Assembly: GCA_964016885.1 (NCBI GenBank)
Contig: OZ024745.1
Coordinates: 45,322,001 to 45,386,000, forward strand
Direction: 5' to 3'
Source: Eledone cirrhosa
Lineage: Eukaryota
Length of the DNA: 64,000 nt
Shown here: positions 44,630 through 56,450 of the stretch, in pieces
Numbering within the stretch: the first letter of the stretch is position 1
Layout: each line of letters begins with the position of its first letter
Notes under the pieces: model-generated
What the model saw: the letters and a program-made list of their open reading frames with translations, nothing else
Told to the model about the DNA's origin: nothing
Databases searched by the model: none
Made by a program: the position numbers and the translations under genes

Positions 44630-46404
44630 TTACCTCTTCGTCTCCTGGGGACCAGGCTGCACAATTTCCATGGGGGTGTTGGAAGGGTTGTTTGGTGGGG
44701 TGGTGGTTTGTGGTGGGGTGAGGACATCAGTGTGTGGTGGGATTAGGGTGTTTGGTTGGGTGTGGGTGTCTGGTGTGGGGGTGGGGAAACATCTCAATAG
44801 GACGCTGTTATGTGGTTTGGTGCAGTTGGTCCCCACATGCATTGGATGGTTCTTTTTCAAAGTTACATAGGTTTCCGTTGGGACCCTAATCATCATTAGG
44901 TGCGGTTTGTTCGCTGCGTAGGTGAAAGTGATCCCTTCGGTTTCCACCGAAGGGTTATTTTCTATCGCTTTCATCAACGTTTTATTGTTCTTGTTAATGT
45001 ATGTATAGAGTTTTTGTTGTGTTGTGTTTGTTTTTGTTTGTTGTTCTTGCGGGTGTTTGCGTTTTGTAGTACGTGTTATGTTTTGGGGAGGGGTGGGTTT
45101 TTTATTTGTGATGTTTGTTCTGTTTGTGCTGGTGGTTGTGTGTTTGTGGCATTTTTGTTAATGTGGTGCCTTTTTTTTTTCCTTTTCACCTGTTGAAAGG
45201 GTTCTCCCTCGTCGTCACTGGGTGACGTTGATACGGAGTCCTCTTCCGTGTTGTTGGGGAGGGGTATATTTTGGGGTTTTGTTGTGGTTGCTTTTGTATT
45301 TGTTTTAGGTGGGGAGGGGTTGGGTGGAACAGTGTTTTGTGTTGTTATTTTTCCGTGTTGTTGTTGTGGTGGTGGTGGTGGTGGTGGTGGTTGTGTTGTT
45401 GTGTTCGGGGTTGGCAGAAGAGCCTTTTTTTTTACTCGTTAATTGAGGACAGGCAGCCCTCAGGTGACCCCTGCTTAAGCAGTGGTAACATGACGGCCGC
45501 CTTCCCTCCACTGAAATGTTTATATAAGTTAGCCCGTCCAGAGGCACACGTTGTGGGATATTCGCTATTCGTTCTGGGCTCATTTGCACCAGAACTTCTA
45601 CGGTGGTCCCACCAAATACACCTCCGGAGGACTTTCCTATTGAAATTATCTTGTCTTCGTCAAAGTTTATTATTCCACATAGTATCCACCAAATGTTTAC
45701 ATTTGGTGTGATACTCATTATTTTTATTCTTTGTGTCCTTTTTCCCCTGTATGTGGGGTAAAAGGTGAAGCGGGGGGACACAATGGGTGCTATCGAGTAC
45801 TTTTGAGCTGTTGACTGGTTGTTCATCAGCACCGAAATGCTACCAAACAGTTTACCTTTTTGTATGAAGGTTAAGTCCTTCATTGCGTCTTTTAGAACTA
45901 GCTCAATTTCATTTTGTGATAATTGAGCTGGTTTTCTTGTTACGTTCGATATTGTCCTGAAAACCACAGTTTTCAGGACAGCCTCTCTACGTAATTCCTG
46001 TGGAGGATTGATGCTAAAAGCACCGTTTTCGCCAAAAGTCACGAATTGTTTTGCGTCTTGTAATAGTTGTTTAGCATTTGTTATGTCTATTGGCGTGTAT
46101 AGTTCGTTTTTTTTACGGTCTGTGCAAATGTTGTTTTGGTGTTGTTGTCTTTCGTGTTACTGTCACTGTTGGTAATATTGGTGTTGCTATTGTTGCAGTT
46201 GTTGGTTGTGGTGTTGTTGTCATTGTTCTTGTTGTTGGTGCTGGTATCATTTACCGGGTTTGGTTTCGCGGTTTCGATATTTTCCCCGTTTTTCGATGAT
46301 ACGAGGGGGGACGGCTGCAAGCTTTGTACTCCTACCTTCCCTCCACCACTTTTCTTAGTGGGCGTGGCACTCACGACAGTGTGCGAGGTGGAAATGGCAT
46401 CCAT
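44630..46404 (-). pseudogene. LINE ORF1 (gag-like, CCHC zinc knuckle), frameshifted
   Basis: ATG at 46404; CYHCLSRGHLRAAC at 45449-45490; Thr/Pro/Asn-rich linkers; frame breaks near A-runs at 46107-46114, 45425-45433 and probably 45171-45180; stop at 44630. Confidence 0.8.
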
Positions 46405-46578
46405 TGCCAGCAAGTCTACAGTTTTTAGATGAAAATTAAAAATTTCGCCCCAGAGAGGGGCTTAACGTCTGACGGCCAAGGCAAGGGGCTAAACCAAACA
46501 ATGTTATTAAATTGATCAATAAACTCACAGTCTTTTTGACAACAATCCGTAAAAATCCGGAGCAAAGTAAATCACGTC

Positions 46579-46968
46579 TATATCAAGTGGTAATTGATAT
46601 AGAGAGGGTGATTGGAAGAGAATTCCGTGTAGTAGATTTTACGAGGGGAGAGTTTGGTGTTACTTGATATAGAGAGGGTGATTGGAAAATAGTTCCGTAT
46701 AGTAGATATAAAGATTGGGAGAGATTGAATTTAATTTATATAGAGGGGGGGGATTGGGAGAGTATGTTGTATGGTTGATGGAGATAGGGGGAGAATTTGG
46801 TGGTAATGAATAGAGTGTGAGAGAATGAGAGAGTGTGTTGTATGGTAGTTATAGAGAGGGGATAGTTTGGTGATAATTGGTATAGAGGGGGATGTTGGGA
46901 GAGTGTGTTGTATATTAGATATAGAGACGGAGAGGGATTGATATCTATTGATATAGAGAGGGAGGGTA
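46579..46968 (-). repeat. GA-rich minisatellite related to 37551-38452; right flank of the LINE
   Basis: TTGGAAGAGAATTCCGTGTAGTAGAT is the reverse complement of the 39-bp unit core. Confidence 0.8.
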
Positions 46969-47037
46969 TGACAAATTAATAAACGGGGTGTGGGGACCTG
47001 AGAGCAGGTGAATTATTGATGGACCGAAGTAGAGTTT

Positions 47038-47179
47038 AAATATTCATTTATTATGGCTAAGCTTTGCTACTCTGGAGTCTCCCCTACGTACTCATCAGGC
47101 AAGACTTGTGATCCTGAGAGTCCGCAGGTGAAACTTTAGAGTAACAAAGCTCACCAATTGCCATAATAAATCAATATTT
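47038..47179. repeat. Degenerate fold-back palindrome with a hammerhead motif in each arm
   Basis: Left arm minus: ttgc-CTGATGA-gtacgtaggg-GAGA-ctccagag-TA-gcaa; right arm plus: CTGA-GA-gtccgcaggt-GAAA-ctttagag-TA-acaa; related fragment at ~29780-29850. Confidence 0.65.
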
Positions 47180-47308
47180 CTCTCTCTCTCTATATATATA
47201 TAGGAGATGAATAAATTGGATATAATACCAGTTTCTTACCGAAGAAGCTCCATATATTAACCCCTTAGGAAAGGGCACACAGCATCATTTTTAAAAATTA
47301 TATATATG

Positions 47309-47533
47309 CTGTGGTGGTGGAACTTATGCCCCCCTCCAATAAATATATTTTCTCCCCAAACTATAAAACACATATCTATTTGGATATGCGCTACAATTTA
47401 TGTACATGTTATGTTTATCACACATCGAATTTTCTGACCATTTTAGGGTGCAAAGAGCTAAACTAATCACTACAACTAAATTGTTCAAATTTGCCCACCC
47501 CGCTCCGTTCAGAAAAGCCCCCCACCGTTCCTG
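47309..47533 (+). mobile_element. hAT-like MITE
   Basis: Ends CTGTGGTGGTGGAAC ... CCACCGTTCCTG; second partial copy at 40716. Confidence 0.55.
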
Positions 47534-47940
47534 CATACATACATGCATACATACATGCATACATGGATACATGCACCCATACATACATGCATAATGCATA
47601 CATGCATACATACATGCATAAATGCATACATACATGGATACATAATGCATACATACATGCATACATGCATATATAAAAATATACATACCGTTCCTGCATA
47701 CATGCATACATGCATGCATACATGCATACATACATGCATACATACATGCATACATACATACATGCTTACATGCATATATATAAATATACATACCGTTCCT
47801 GCATACATGCATACATGCATGCATGCATACATGCATATAAACATACATACATGCATACATGCATACATGCATATAAGCATACATACATGCATACATGCAT
47901 ACATACATACACACACATACATCCATCCATCCATACATAC
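47534..47940. repeat. (CATA/CATG)n low-complexity array
   Basis: Direct reading. Confidence 0.9.
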
Positions 47941-48466
47941 ATATTATTGTATGTCACCTTGATATATTCCTCTTGGGTTAGCGAACACTTTTCACGTACA
48001 GACTGCTTCAGTTGAAAAATTAACCAGTGTTCGTTAAAGTTTACATTTGTCCAAAGATATGATATAGTAAAAGCTGATTCAGTCAAAACTCATACATTTA
48101 TGTAGGGAAATTTCGGCAAAGCGTGTTTTAAGCAAAGCGACTGATTTTAGTACGCTAAAAACAACCTTTAAAAAAAATTAAAACCCTTCGATAGGAGATT
48201 TTAAACGAATTAGGAAATGGAGATTAACAAGTTATCCGCCCATCACATTCTAAAACAATTTAAATAAATTTAAAACTTTTCAAAATTCAAATAAATTTTT
48301 TCAACCAGGACAAAAGTAAAATTTAATATGAATTAATACTAAGATCTAAAATAGATTCTTATCTGACAGTATTACTTATAGCATAACAAATTAAGTAAAC
48401 ACAATATAAACTATATATATATATTCTTAGTATATGTTGGTTGTTTACCGACACCTCAGTATGCAG

Positions 48467-48530
<64 letters not shown>

Positions 48531-48668
48531 ATATATATATATATATCAATATATATTTATTTATGAGTGTGTCTATATATGTGTATATTTAGATATGAAT
48601 ATATACATATGTATATATGTATAAAATGTGTATATATATATATTGCACTAATGCGTATATTTACATAG

Positions 48669-48701
<33 letters not shown>

Positions 48702-48737
48702 CATAGAAATAAATAAATATATATATAAATAAACAAG

Positions 48738-48807
<70 letters not shown>

Positions 48808-49299
48808 AACACATATGTGCACTCTATGATCCACTGTTCGACTACGTTTCTTTCTATGTATTTATCCATATTTATTTATCTTTCATAAAGTTTCCCACGT
48901 CTAGTATTGTTTGACAGTAGGTGTGATCGAAGCTATTCCCATAATTATAGACCTATTCTTAAAACTGCCACAAAGACATTGTGAATATGTTTTGAATAAG
49001 TTTATATAGCTGTGCTATTAATATTCTAATAATAATAATAATGGTTATTATTATTATTATTATTAATAATATTACTATTTCTTTATTGGCCACAAGGACC
49101 GACATACAAAGTGGAACTACAAAAGGCAGGAGCAGTGTTGGTTTATAAAAAATCGAATAAAAAAAGTATAACAATAAACTGTATAACAATAAATATTCCC
49201 CAATAGAGGGGAGTACCACCCAGGGGTGACTCAGGAAACCAACCTACCCTAAACCACCCTCTTCTCTCTAAACTCTTATTATTATTATTTGCCCACATG

Positions 49300-49485
49300 G
49301 GCGGTGGATTGGCAGTATTGGGAGAGGGTCGGACGCCATGCTTTGGCGTATAGAGTTACGGCCCTTGTCATTCTGAGTTCAAATCCCGCCGAGGTTAACT
49401 TTGCCTTTCATCCTCACGGGGTCGATGAAATAAAGTACCAGTAATGCACTAGGTAATTGTTGGCCTTGTGCCTAACGTAGAAACA
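49300..49485 (+). mobile_element. Full-length tRNA-derived SINE with 19-bp TSD
   Basis: ATTATTATTTGCCCACATG at 49281 and 49486. Confidence 0.95.
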
Positions 49486-49925
49486 ATTATTATTTGCCCA
49501 CATGTTCTTGGGTTGTTCGTGGGGCACAGTCCTCAAATATTCCTTCCAACAGATCCTGTCTGAAACAACAGTCTCCAATTGAGCCGCCAGGATCCCCGTG
49601 CCAGACCTGCCAAGCTAATGGATGTTATCCAACCATCTTGCTCGGGGTCTACCCCTGGGTCTCCTGCCGGTTGGTTTTGCCCCTAAAATCTGTCCAGCAA
49701 TTTTTTCCTGAGACATTCTGTGTTTTCACAATTCGGAAAAAAAAGAGCTCTACCTGGAGCGACTCCCTTATCTCCAAGCTACATACTCTATCGAGGAAAG
49801 TTACTCCAAAGACCCTTCAGAAGGACCCCATTTCGGTGGTTTGTATTCGTGATCGTATACTTTCAGTCATTACCCAAGATGTATGACCATAGGTAATGGT
49901 TGGCATGAATACCGATATTGTATAT
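49486..49925 (-). mobile_element. 3' end of an RTE-clade (Rex3/Expander-like) LINE with (AAT)n tail
   Basis: Minus: SVFMPTITYGHTSWVMTESIRSRIQTTEMGSF..KPTGRRPRGRPRARWLDNI. Confidence 0.85.
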
Positions 49926-50798
49926 ATACGAGTATATATATATATATATATAGAGAGAGAGGGAGAGATACAGATACATACATAAATAAATGCATAGTTA
50001 TATACATACATGTATCCATACATATAGTAGATAAAATTACAAGTACACACATATATTATATATTGAAAATGTATATAAAATGATGCGGATATATGTATGA
50101 TGTGTTTGCGTGTATGTATGTATGATATTGGAATGTTAACACCCCGCTAAGCAAACATGCGCCAGTTGTTGTATCTAACTAACTCTGCTATGTAGCATTA
50201 GTTCCACTGTATTTCACGCCAATTTTTTTTTCATTTATTTATTTATTCATTTATTTATTTATTAATTTATTTATTTATTTAATAGTTAAAACAGTTGTAA
50301 TCTATTTAGCAGTTCACAGTGTGATAATAACGATTGAAACATTTCGAAACATAGTCTGTGGATACCAAAAACTAGACATAGTGTTAGAAATGAGCCTATG
50401 GGATTTCAAGTTTCCGTAAGTGTTTGAACAGAAAGAAATAAGAACAATTAAAGAAGAATCGGCAGGAAAATTCATGAAATATGGATTAGTATTCTTGGAG
50501 AGAAATAAAAACAAGGCATCGTTCCGTACCGTTTCCTGATCATTTAAATAGAGGAACGTATATAGTGATGTTGAAAACGTAGGTATCGATTGTGCAGGGA
50601 GTGAAGTTTCAGATTATGTTTTATAATGTTTTACTTGACGATTTACGATCTGGATGCCAATGCATCTGCAGTTGGCTTTTAATTTTCTCTCCGCCCTAAG
50701 GCGCTGGATAAAGTAAGTGAAGGTAATATACGACTGCCGAACCACTAGACTATACTTCCTGTTAGAAAATCAGCGTAGTATCTAATTGAGATACAGTA

Positions 50799-50870
50799 CT
50801 GGGTATGGAAGAAAAACCTCCCCTATTTTACAATCACTCTGTAAAATATGGGAGATCTTTCTGCTGCACC

Positions 50871-50873
<3 letters not shown>
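50799..50873. mobile_element. 75-bp Tc1/mariner-type hairpin MITE
   Basis: TA|CTGGGTATGGAAGAAAAACCTCCCCTATTTTACA..TGTAAAATATGGGAGATCTTTCTGCTGCACCCTG|TA. Confidence 0.6.
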
Positions 50874-50909
<36 letters not shown>

Positions 50910-51024
50910 GTCAAATCATTTTACCTCCATTCCTTTCTCCATGTGGGCTCCTTTACGTTTCACCTTTTGTTCCAACTGTATATATATATATATATATATA
51001 TATTTTTTAAGTATGATAAATTAT

Positions 51025-51120
51025 ATAGAGTTCAAATGCCGCCAAAGTCAGCTTTGCCTTTCATCCTTTCGAAGTCGATAAACAATTACCAGTTCAGTAA
51101 TGTGGTCGATTCTTCTTCTA
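51025..51120 (+). mobile_element. Partial degenerate SINE
   Basis: GAGTTCAAATGCCGCC..CTTTGCCTTTCATCCTTTCG..GTCGATAAA. Confidence 0.7.
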
Positions 51121-51138
51121 TACCTCTTTCATATTTCT

Positions 51139-51186
<48 letters not shown>

Positions 51187-52324
51187 AAAAAAAAAAATTG
51201 GCTGTGTTCCGAACTGGAGAGGGGATGGACTTCTCTAGGGTTCAAATGCCCAAGACAAACGCATATCAGACAGGCGTCCCTACGAAGAGTTAAGGGTTTG
51301 CATATATACACACAATCCGAAGTCTTGAAGGTTTACATTCTAACATTTTAATCGATACTCTATTCTTAGAATGAGTATCAATTAAATATACAGACTTATA
51401 ATCTGGGTATACATTTTTTCACAATATCGGACTATTTGATAGAATGTTTTATTTATTTTCCATAGCAGTACAGTACATACTATAGCCAAAGACCTGTTGG
51501 TTATGCACTCAATTGATTGTTGATTTAATTGGAGCGCACTGTATATAATAGATGTGTATACATTCTTTGTTGCTTTCTTTATATTACCTTTGTGAGAAAT
51601 CCTAATATTATTTTGATATTGTAATGTGTCAGGTCAATAACATTATACTTTAGATATAAAATATATCTCAGGTTATTTGGATTGTAGTATATAAGGTGTA
51701 ATGAATATTTCCCATTAGAATAATACCATAGGAAGAAAGTATTTGAGAGTGTAGTTTTATACTTGGATTGCATTTGCTTTCTGCAACATAAGCTGCTCAC
51801 CTAATCTATGATAATAATTGCCTTCCCTAATCAGCATAGATTCGGGTATTTTCCTCGTGTGAGGATAAAAGACTTTTGCTAGGAATTTCCTATATTTGAT
51901 ATGCCCAGCAGAACTGGTTTTTAGTACATAGTCATTGACATCGTTTTAAAGAGATGACGTCATCATTCTTTTTTCTCTCACTCTTGACTTGTTTTATAGG
52001 CTTTACTTTACTCACATATAAAGAAACTTAGATTTCCCTCTAGGATAAGTCAACGTATTTGTACATTTATGTATGTGTGTGTGCTTGTGTGTTTGTATGT
52101 GTGTGTTTTTCTGTGTGTACTGGTGCGTACTGACGAGTATTCTCATGCCCTCGAATCAGCTGAGCAGGGCACTTAGTTTACAATAGGCATTTGTAAACTC
52201 GTATAATACGAGCAGAGCGTACAAAAATATAACTAACTTTCTGTATCTATAAATAAAGATTTCTTACATCAACACATAATCACAGGTTGACAGTGAAATC
52301 TCTATATATAAAACTGATGTTGTC

Positions 52325-52327
<3 letters not shown>

Positions 52328-52416
<89 letters not shown>

Positions 52417-52424
52417 TGTGTGTG
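52328..52424. repeat. (GT)n microsatellite
   Basis: Direct reading. Confidence 0.95.
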
Positions 52425-52840
52425 CCCTCATTTTTGCAAAGTCTATACAAATCCACATTTCTACTCCGATTGACTTCAAACTTGCATTTATATATTCCTT
52501 GCGGTCTAAAGATATTAACTGCAGCTTTTATTTTTCAATTTTCTGTTGTTAGGCGCCGGTTATCCATCTCCGTCGCGCTCTTATAATATCTGTCTATATG
52601 CCTGGCAATATGCATTACGACATTCTGACGAACATTGATGATGTATTATGTTCGCTATTTTCCGTTCATTGCCAGGGAACGTCTTCACATACCAAAGTAT
52701 CGTCTTCCTGTTTTCCTTCGGTTGCAACGTTTTTCGAAATATTTACTTCTGCGTTCACAGATTGATGTTTTTAGTTTCAGAAGATCCCGTTAAGGGTGAA
52801 AGCAACTATTCTTTGCTTAAACTTTAATCTGTTATTTTAA

Positions 52841-53512
52841 TCTATAAATGTATATATATAAAACTGAGGAAGGATGTATGTATGTATGTATGTATGTATG
52901 TATGTATGTATGTATGTATGTATGTATGTATGTATGTATGTATGTGTGTATGTGTGTATGCGTGTATGTTTGTATGTGTGTGTGTGTGTGAAACCCGAGA
53001 AGTACCCAACCGATCTTTTTCAAACTTTACATGTGTATTACTTATATTTCAGGGAGTGTTATGCACATTAAAAAACTTCAACTTTTTGATCCCCTAAGGC
53101 CCGCATTAGGTGAACAACTGCGTTTTTCCAGCTTTTTAGGTTTTTTTTTTACCTATTTCCTTGAAATTGTAACTATGTAATAGTCAGTCTCTTCTTCATA
53201 CCGTGAGCAAAGAAAATCCAACTTTTTTATGGCCTAGGGCCCGCATTAGGTGAAAAACTTCATTTTTTTCCATTTTTTGGGGGCTTTTTTGAGGCGTTAC
53301 GTCTAGCCGATTTTCCCGAAATTTCAAGGCATATTATGCACATAAAAAAAAATCATTTTCATCGAGGAAAATCTTAGATTATCCAGCCATCAGAGTATTC
53401 GGTCTATTTTCTTTACATATTGTTCAGGCATGCAGTTTTTCCACGATTAGGTCTGTTGGCGGCCCGCGTTCCAAAATACATTATCCCGTGCAACGCCGGG
53501 TACCACTGCTAG
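52841..53512 (+). mobile_element. Non-autonomous Helitron (~670 bp)
   Basis: A|TCTATA 5' end, internal (TATG)n, subterminal hairpin CCCGTGCAACGCCGGG, 3' CTAG|T, no TSD. Confidence 0.85.
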
Positions 53513-53639
53513 TAGTATATATAGTAGTAGCTATTTTATCGAGTTATAATATATAGTAAATTATCGATGAATAGCAACCCACGTCCTGTGCAGATATACA
53601 CAACTTAAAGAACCTCAAAAAAATATATTGATTTCAACC

Positions 53640-53927
53640 ATGAGTATTTGATCAACCGAATGTGCCTATCCATTGAACTAACAAGCGAGTGGCTGAGTAT
53701 TCCACAGGCAAGTGTATCCTTAAATGCAATTCTTAGACCGAATCAGGATGGAAGAGTGCAAGAAGATTAGCCATGTGAATTACAAGGGCAGTTTATTTGA
53801 TGAACGTCAGCACAGTTTCACTCGCAAAGTTGTGATAAAAGATATCTGCTCTTGATGCTATTTAATGGGATCAGTGCATGAATCCCAATGATTGTCAAGC
53901 GAACTTCTTAACCACTCTGCTATGCCT
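53640..53927 (-). mobile_element. Old degenerate SINE (second family)
   Basis: Ends in CTTAACCACTCTGCTATGCCT (reverse-complemented tRNA-like head); tail related to 26545-26720. Confidence 0.55.
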
Positions 53928-55134
53928 ATGTCTGATGGACTGTATTTGTAATTCAAAGGACAAGATTTGTTACAGATTGTACCAAATTGATTTTGCCTGA
54001 AAATTTCGTTGATGGTACACATATTTATGCAATACTCAGCTAATTACACGTTAATTCAATGAGTAGGAAGTTCAGCTGAGCGAACAGCTGGATTAAAGTT
54101 CATACAATTTAATTAAAGTTCATACAATTTAATTAAAGTTCATACATAAGCACACACACAACCTATATAATCTATACATCTGTTGTAGACACAATATTCG
54201 CATTCATATATATATATTTGCTATTTAAAATGTAATTTGTTATTTAAAAGTTCACGTAAACTGCATAGGAATTAATTTTCATACAGGAAAACTGTAAATG
54301 CAAACAATATGTCATTATACACACAAATAACACACAAAACTGTAAACCCAAATACAAAGACATTGGTAAAAATAAACACACAATGTAGCACATCCATTCA
54401 CAAACAAATCACCGAATTAAGTCTCCAGATCTGCATATGTACAGATTAAATGAATGTCTTCTAATACAAGACTTAACTTTGTATAATAGTCGACTATTAT
54501 TATGGTCATTTGCGTTAAGACTCATACTTCAAATTTCAATGCTTCTTAAGTTAAGCGTTTGTTTACATTTTTAACAACAGTCTTAAAATCTTGTAAAAAG
54601 TTTGCAATATGCAGCCAGCTGAACTTAAGTGTAGCAGTTAACACGTGTAGCAGGCTCAGGCGGGATGCAGGTTTCCTTTCTTTGTATGAGACTATCTTTT
54701 TCTCGTCTCAATGGGTAATTTACCGGATGTTTTAAATTCTAATTTATCGTGATCGGCTGTTATAGACATTTGCGTTGGAACGTACACATTTCAAATTACT
54801 AATTTGTTAAGTCAATCAGTTGTTTACGATCGAAAGTTTTTTTTAGAAATTTGGAAATCCTTAGCTGAAGGCTTTATTTGGCAATAATTAAATTGGAATT
54901 TAATATTATATCTTTTCTGTGAATTCCTTAGCATTTCTATATTTGTAATGTTAGTATTCTTTTACATTTTATTTGAGCATATATTCACAGTATATACACA
55001 CTACATACTATTTGTTGCTGTTTCCTAGTTTCACCCTTCTTCCTCTCTCCAATCAGTCATCCGTCCAACTTGCCTATGGCATCCACTCGTCACACTAATC
55101 CATCATTTCACGCAACCTACATATATATATGGAA

Positions 55135-55360
55135 AGGACCTTTGTTGGTTTCGTGTGAATTTAATGTGAAAGTCACTGAGTAGAGCATTTGACAGACACG
55201 TGTAGCTTTAACGTAACTCTCAGGGACCTTCAACGTGATACAGTGTGGAACAGGGATCGACTCAAGGTTATACTAAATGACACATGCTCCAGAAGCCACG
55301 CTGTGGGTTCAAACTCGGGCCCTAATGATTGGGATAAAACTGAAACATTCGGCCATGCTA
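55135..55360 (-). mobile_element. Old degenerate SINE (second family)
   Basis: ACAGACACGTGTAGCTTTAACGTAACTCTCAGGGA tail motif, then a B-box-like segment and CGGCCATGC head. Confidence 0.55.
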
Positions 55361-56149
55361 CGTTTACACATGTATATATACTTTTCATATGCTTTCTGCA
55401 TCTGTCACACGCAATCACACACACATATAAACACACACACATATAAAAACACACACATATAAACACACACACATATAAACACACACACATATATATATGG
55501 CGAAGGCATAGTCTCTTCTATATTTGCATCTGTAGGATTTCATTTTATTTGCATACGTGTATATAAGTGGATGCAAAATGCCGAAAGAAATATGTGCTCT
55601 TTATTCTTTACGAAAGAGTAATTTATTCCAGACTAGCCAGAGATTAAACTTAACCGCGAGTCATCTATGGTTTCTTTTATCATGTTGCTTCCGGTGCACT
55701 TTCTAACGTTTTCAGAGTTTGAATTTAATCAAATTCTTCAAGCATTTCAAGAACATGTGTTTTGTAGTACGGGATCAGAGTGGATTCAAGAATCAACAAT
55801 ATCAATTGTAAGAACAAAAACTACTAGCAAATGAAATCGTTCAATAGTAGAAGTTACACATACTTCACAACACTTCCCAAGTCAGATAATTTTAGTGTAA
55901 GATACTTGGGATGGGATTATTCATGCCTTTCACAAGGCTTTAGACTGCGTAAAAGAAAAAAGAATAGCAAACATTAAATTGAATCCACCTAATAACTTTA
56001 GCTTGTATGGAGCCTATATCTAATCCGATGTATTTGGATCTATATTAACATCTTCCCTAGCAATGCAACTACAATGATATTTTGACCCAATTTGTAGATT
56101 TAAAGAAGAGAGTATTAAGAATGTGTAATGTCTTCAATCAGGAATTTGA

Positions 56150-56450
56150 ATTGGCTGTACTTCAATGCACATATTGGTACTGGCCACCTGACACGGAATG
56201 AGAGATTGGAAGGAACGGTGAGACCTTATTAGAATTCGGTTCTAGTAATGGGATCTCTATTATAAATATCTTCTTCCAGCACAAAGACATCAATAATTCA
56301 TTTTTTTTATTGTCTTTGATCTCTTCGATTCTGTGTTATGAGAGAGGCTGAACTGTCAACTAATAGCCATTTAGTTATCTGTAACCTGAGACTACCTAAA
56401 AACAAGGCAGCCTACAAATCTGGCAAGTCCAGATCGATATACAGGATAAC
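56150..56450 (+). mobile_element. Decayed RTE-clade AP endonuclease fragment
   Basis: FNAHIG..GRNGETLLEFGSSNGISIINIFFQHKD..REAELSTNSHLVICNLRL across frames. Confidence 0.7.

Larger units (their letters stand above)
40965..46578 (-). mobile_element. Near full-length L1/Tx1-clade non-LTR retrotransposon (~5.6 kb)
   Basis: 5'UTR, ORF1 with CCHC knuckle, ORF2 APE-RT-CCHC, ~240-nt 3'UTR ending GCAAATAAATAGAAAT; sharp compositional shift relative to flanks. Confidence 0.95.

Noticed and set aside
41321-46432. Antisense and alternate-frame ORFs over the LINE
   Set aside because: Shadow ORFs of GC-rich coding sequence
40716-47413. Direct repeats flanking the LINE as LTRs or a giant TSD
   Set aside because: They are diverged MITE copies, 130-730 bp from the LINE ends, and lack TG..CA termini
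52121-52172. Hammerhead candidate CTGACGA..GAAT-CAGCTG-AG-CAGGGCAC
   Set aside because: GAAA, the UH site and stem I are all mutated; at best a dead relic
54092-54147. 20-bp unit repeated nearly three times
   Set aside because: Ordinary local slippage duplication
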